64,000 bases of DNA from Octopus sinensis. Lineage: Eukaryota. Shown in pieces: positions 61,996 through 64,000 of the stretch. The notes beneath the pieces are model-generated. The model did not search any database. It worked only from the letters and a program-made list of their open reading frames with translations, and was not told the DNA's origin. The position numbers and the translations under genes are program-made. The stretch covers positions 63,736,001 through 63,800,000 of the forward strand of contig NC_043008.1 of assembly GCF_006345805.1 (NCBI RefSeq), in the 5' to 3' direction. The first letter of the stretch is position 1, and each line of letters starts with the position of its first letter.

Positions 61996-62183
61996 AAAAA
62001 ATAAATATATTATGTACATGAGGTTAAACTGAAGGGCTGAATAATATTTAAAGAAGAGGTGCAGCCATAGCTGTGTGGTGAAGAAGGTTGCTTCCTAACC
62101 ATGTAGTTTCAAGTTCAAATGCACTATATTGCCCTATGGGAAGGCATCTTCTACTGTAGAACTTTGCAGGTAAGTTTGATATA

Positions 62184-62495
62184 TAAAGAATAAAATGTTT
62201 TGAATGGTACAACAGTGCACTATAATACAAACAATGGATTATATACTTGTTGTAATTTAGTCATCCACAGTCTGATTTTTTTGATATTTCAGAATAAAAT
62301 TTCTTCTTCAGATATTCTTAGATGGAGTCACTGCTATAATCAATTATAGGAGTGAATCCATCTAAGAATATCTGAAGAGGGAATTTTATTCTGAAATATG
62401 ATATCAGATTATGGATGACTAAATTACAACAGGTATATAGCCCATTGTCTGTATTATAGTGCACTGTTGTACCATTCAAAACATTTTATTCTTTA
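62184..62495. mobile_element. Fold-back (wholly palindromic) MITE-like element
   Basis: About 150-bp arms TAAAGAATAAAATGTTTTGAATGGTACAACAGTGCACTATAATAC... / ...GTATTATAGTGCACTGTTGTACCATTCAAAACATTTTATTCTTTA, centre near 62341. Confidence 0.85.
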
Positions 62496-62534
62496 CAAAC
62501 AATACACAATGCTTCAAGCGAACTACAATACTCT

Positions 62535-62574
<40 letters not shown>

Positions 62575-63005
62575 AGAGAAAACCTCTATTAAACAATTCA
62601 ATAGTGAAAGACGTTATTTATACCATATAGAAAAAGTTAAATATACTATCATCATCATCATCATCATCATTCTAAAAATCAATAGAGTACATAAACAATA
62701 AATAGTAAATAGACTATGCACTTTTCATGGCTATATTTTCAATTAGATAATAATAATAAAATCAATTTGATTAAAACTAAATTAGTCTAAAATTATTGTT
62801 ATATTTCGGAATGGTCATTTTGCCAGTTTAGCCAATAAAAACACACGCACTATATATTTGGTGTTACTTTGCTTCAGTGTTATTTATTTTTTACATTAAT
62901 CTTAATCTTATTTCGAGTTCTTTCATCACACTCCTGTCTAAAATTAATTCTATTTAAAATTATAGTCACTCATCAGGTCTATAACAATAATAATAATAAT
63001 AATAA

Positions 63006-63745
63006 TGCCGATTCTGTAACGATGAGGTTGAAACAATAGATCACCTAATCTCAGGGTGTAGAGTCTTAGCACCTGCAGAATTTAAAGCAAGACGTGACAG
63101 AGTCGACCAGTATTTACATTGGACAATATGTCGGCATTATAAAATCAAAACCACTGACAAATGGTATAAACATCATCCTGAAGCTGTGACTGAGGGAGAA
63201 AATGTGTCGATTCTATGGGACTTCCCCGTACAGACCGACAGGACTATAAAAGCTAATAAACTGGATATTATTATAAAAGATCAGACAAAAAGGACGTGTT
63301 TATTAATTGACATGAGTATTCCCTGTGATCACAATATGGCAGCAAAAGAATTTGACAAGATTAGTAAATATAAAGACCTGCTAATAGAAACTGAAAAAAT
63401 GTGGTATCTCAAGGTGACTACAGTACCAGTGATTGTAGGATCTCTAAGAATGATAAAAAAATGGTACTGAAACCTATTTGAAAATGATTTCAGGCTTACC
63501 ATCCCTACAGGAAATGCAAAAAGTCGTATTAACTGGAACGGCTCATGTACTGAGAAGAGCACTATGGCTGTGAAAATAACATCCATCCATGAATTTATTT
63601 AGTTATTAATTTTTAAATACATATTTCATCTTTGAATTTGCGCGTGTAATCTGGAAATGCATACAATGCCCTTCTCTGCCCTAGGTGTATGGAAAACACT
63701 CGGCGAGAAACGGAAGAAAATTTGAAGAAAGAAGGAAAAAACATG
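63006..63745 (+). pseudogene. Dong/R4-clade non-LTR retrotransposon 3' end: CCHC knuckle, restriction-like endonuclease and 3' UTR
   Basis: In frame from 63006: CRFCNDEVETIDHLISGCRVLAPAEFKARRDRV...ILWDFPVQTDRTIKANKLDIII.D...LLIDMSIP...KISKYKDL...VPVIVGSL; after a frameshift QKVVLTGTAHVLRRALWL*; flanked by (AAT)n on both sides. Confidence 0.9.
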
Positions 63746-63788
<43 letters not shown>

Positions 63789-63809
63789 TAATAATAATAG
63801 TAATAATAA

Positions 63810-63840
<31 letters not shown>

Positions 63841-63848
63841 AATAAAAA
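63746..63848. repeat. (AAT)n microsatellite (LINE tail/target)
   Basis: Direct reading. Confidence 0.95.
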
Positions 63849-64000
63849 CAATATATGTATAATATAATAAATGTACATATCTTAACTTATAAATTAACTA
63901 ATAAATATAGAAAAATACAGGTTTTAACAATAAATAAAAGAAAAAATTTAATAGTATTACTTAAAAAAACAGATCTTATCGAAGAAATTCTGTTTACTAA

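Noticed and set aside
62905-62985. GTGATGAAAGAACTCGAAA and CCTGATGAGT (minus) hammerhead-like words
   Set aside because: The core is mutated or stems do not pair; may be decayed pLTR but unsupported here.

Overview
AT-rich, repeat-dense animal genomic DNA. The microsatellite load and retroposon families look like coleoid cephalopod (Octopus-like) DNA, which is an inference. I found no convincing host protein-coding gene; nearly all listed ORFs are microsatellite translations or decayed transposon fragments. The window holds many copies of about four SINE-like families (several with clean 13-17 bp TSDs), two CR1-type LINE 3' ends, three Dong/R4-type fragments, one HERO-like fragment, two Penelope-like GIY-YIG remnants, several Tc1/mariner relics and MITEs, and a Helentron-like element. 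The standout is a 9.2-kb array (45995-55202) of about 19-20 near-identical ~480-bp units. Each unit carries a type I hammerhead ribozyme (stem I-CUGAUGA-stem II-GAAA-stem III-AUA cleavage site) and a long hairpin. The array is two blocks joined 5'-to-5', with both 3' ends running into (TA)n. This fits a retrozyme/ribozyme-satellite family that may have inserted by rolling-circle reverse transcription with twin priming. That mechanism is inference, and an assembly fold-back artefact must be excluded.
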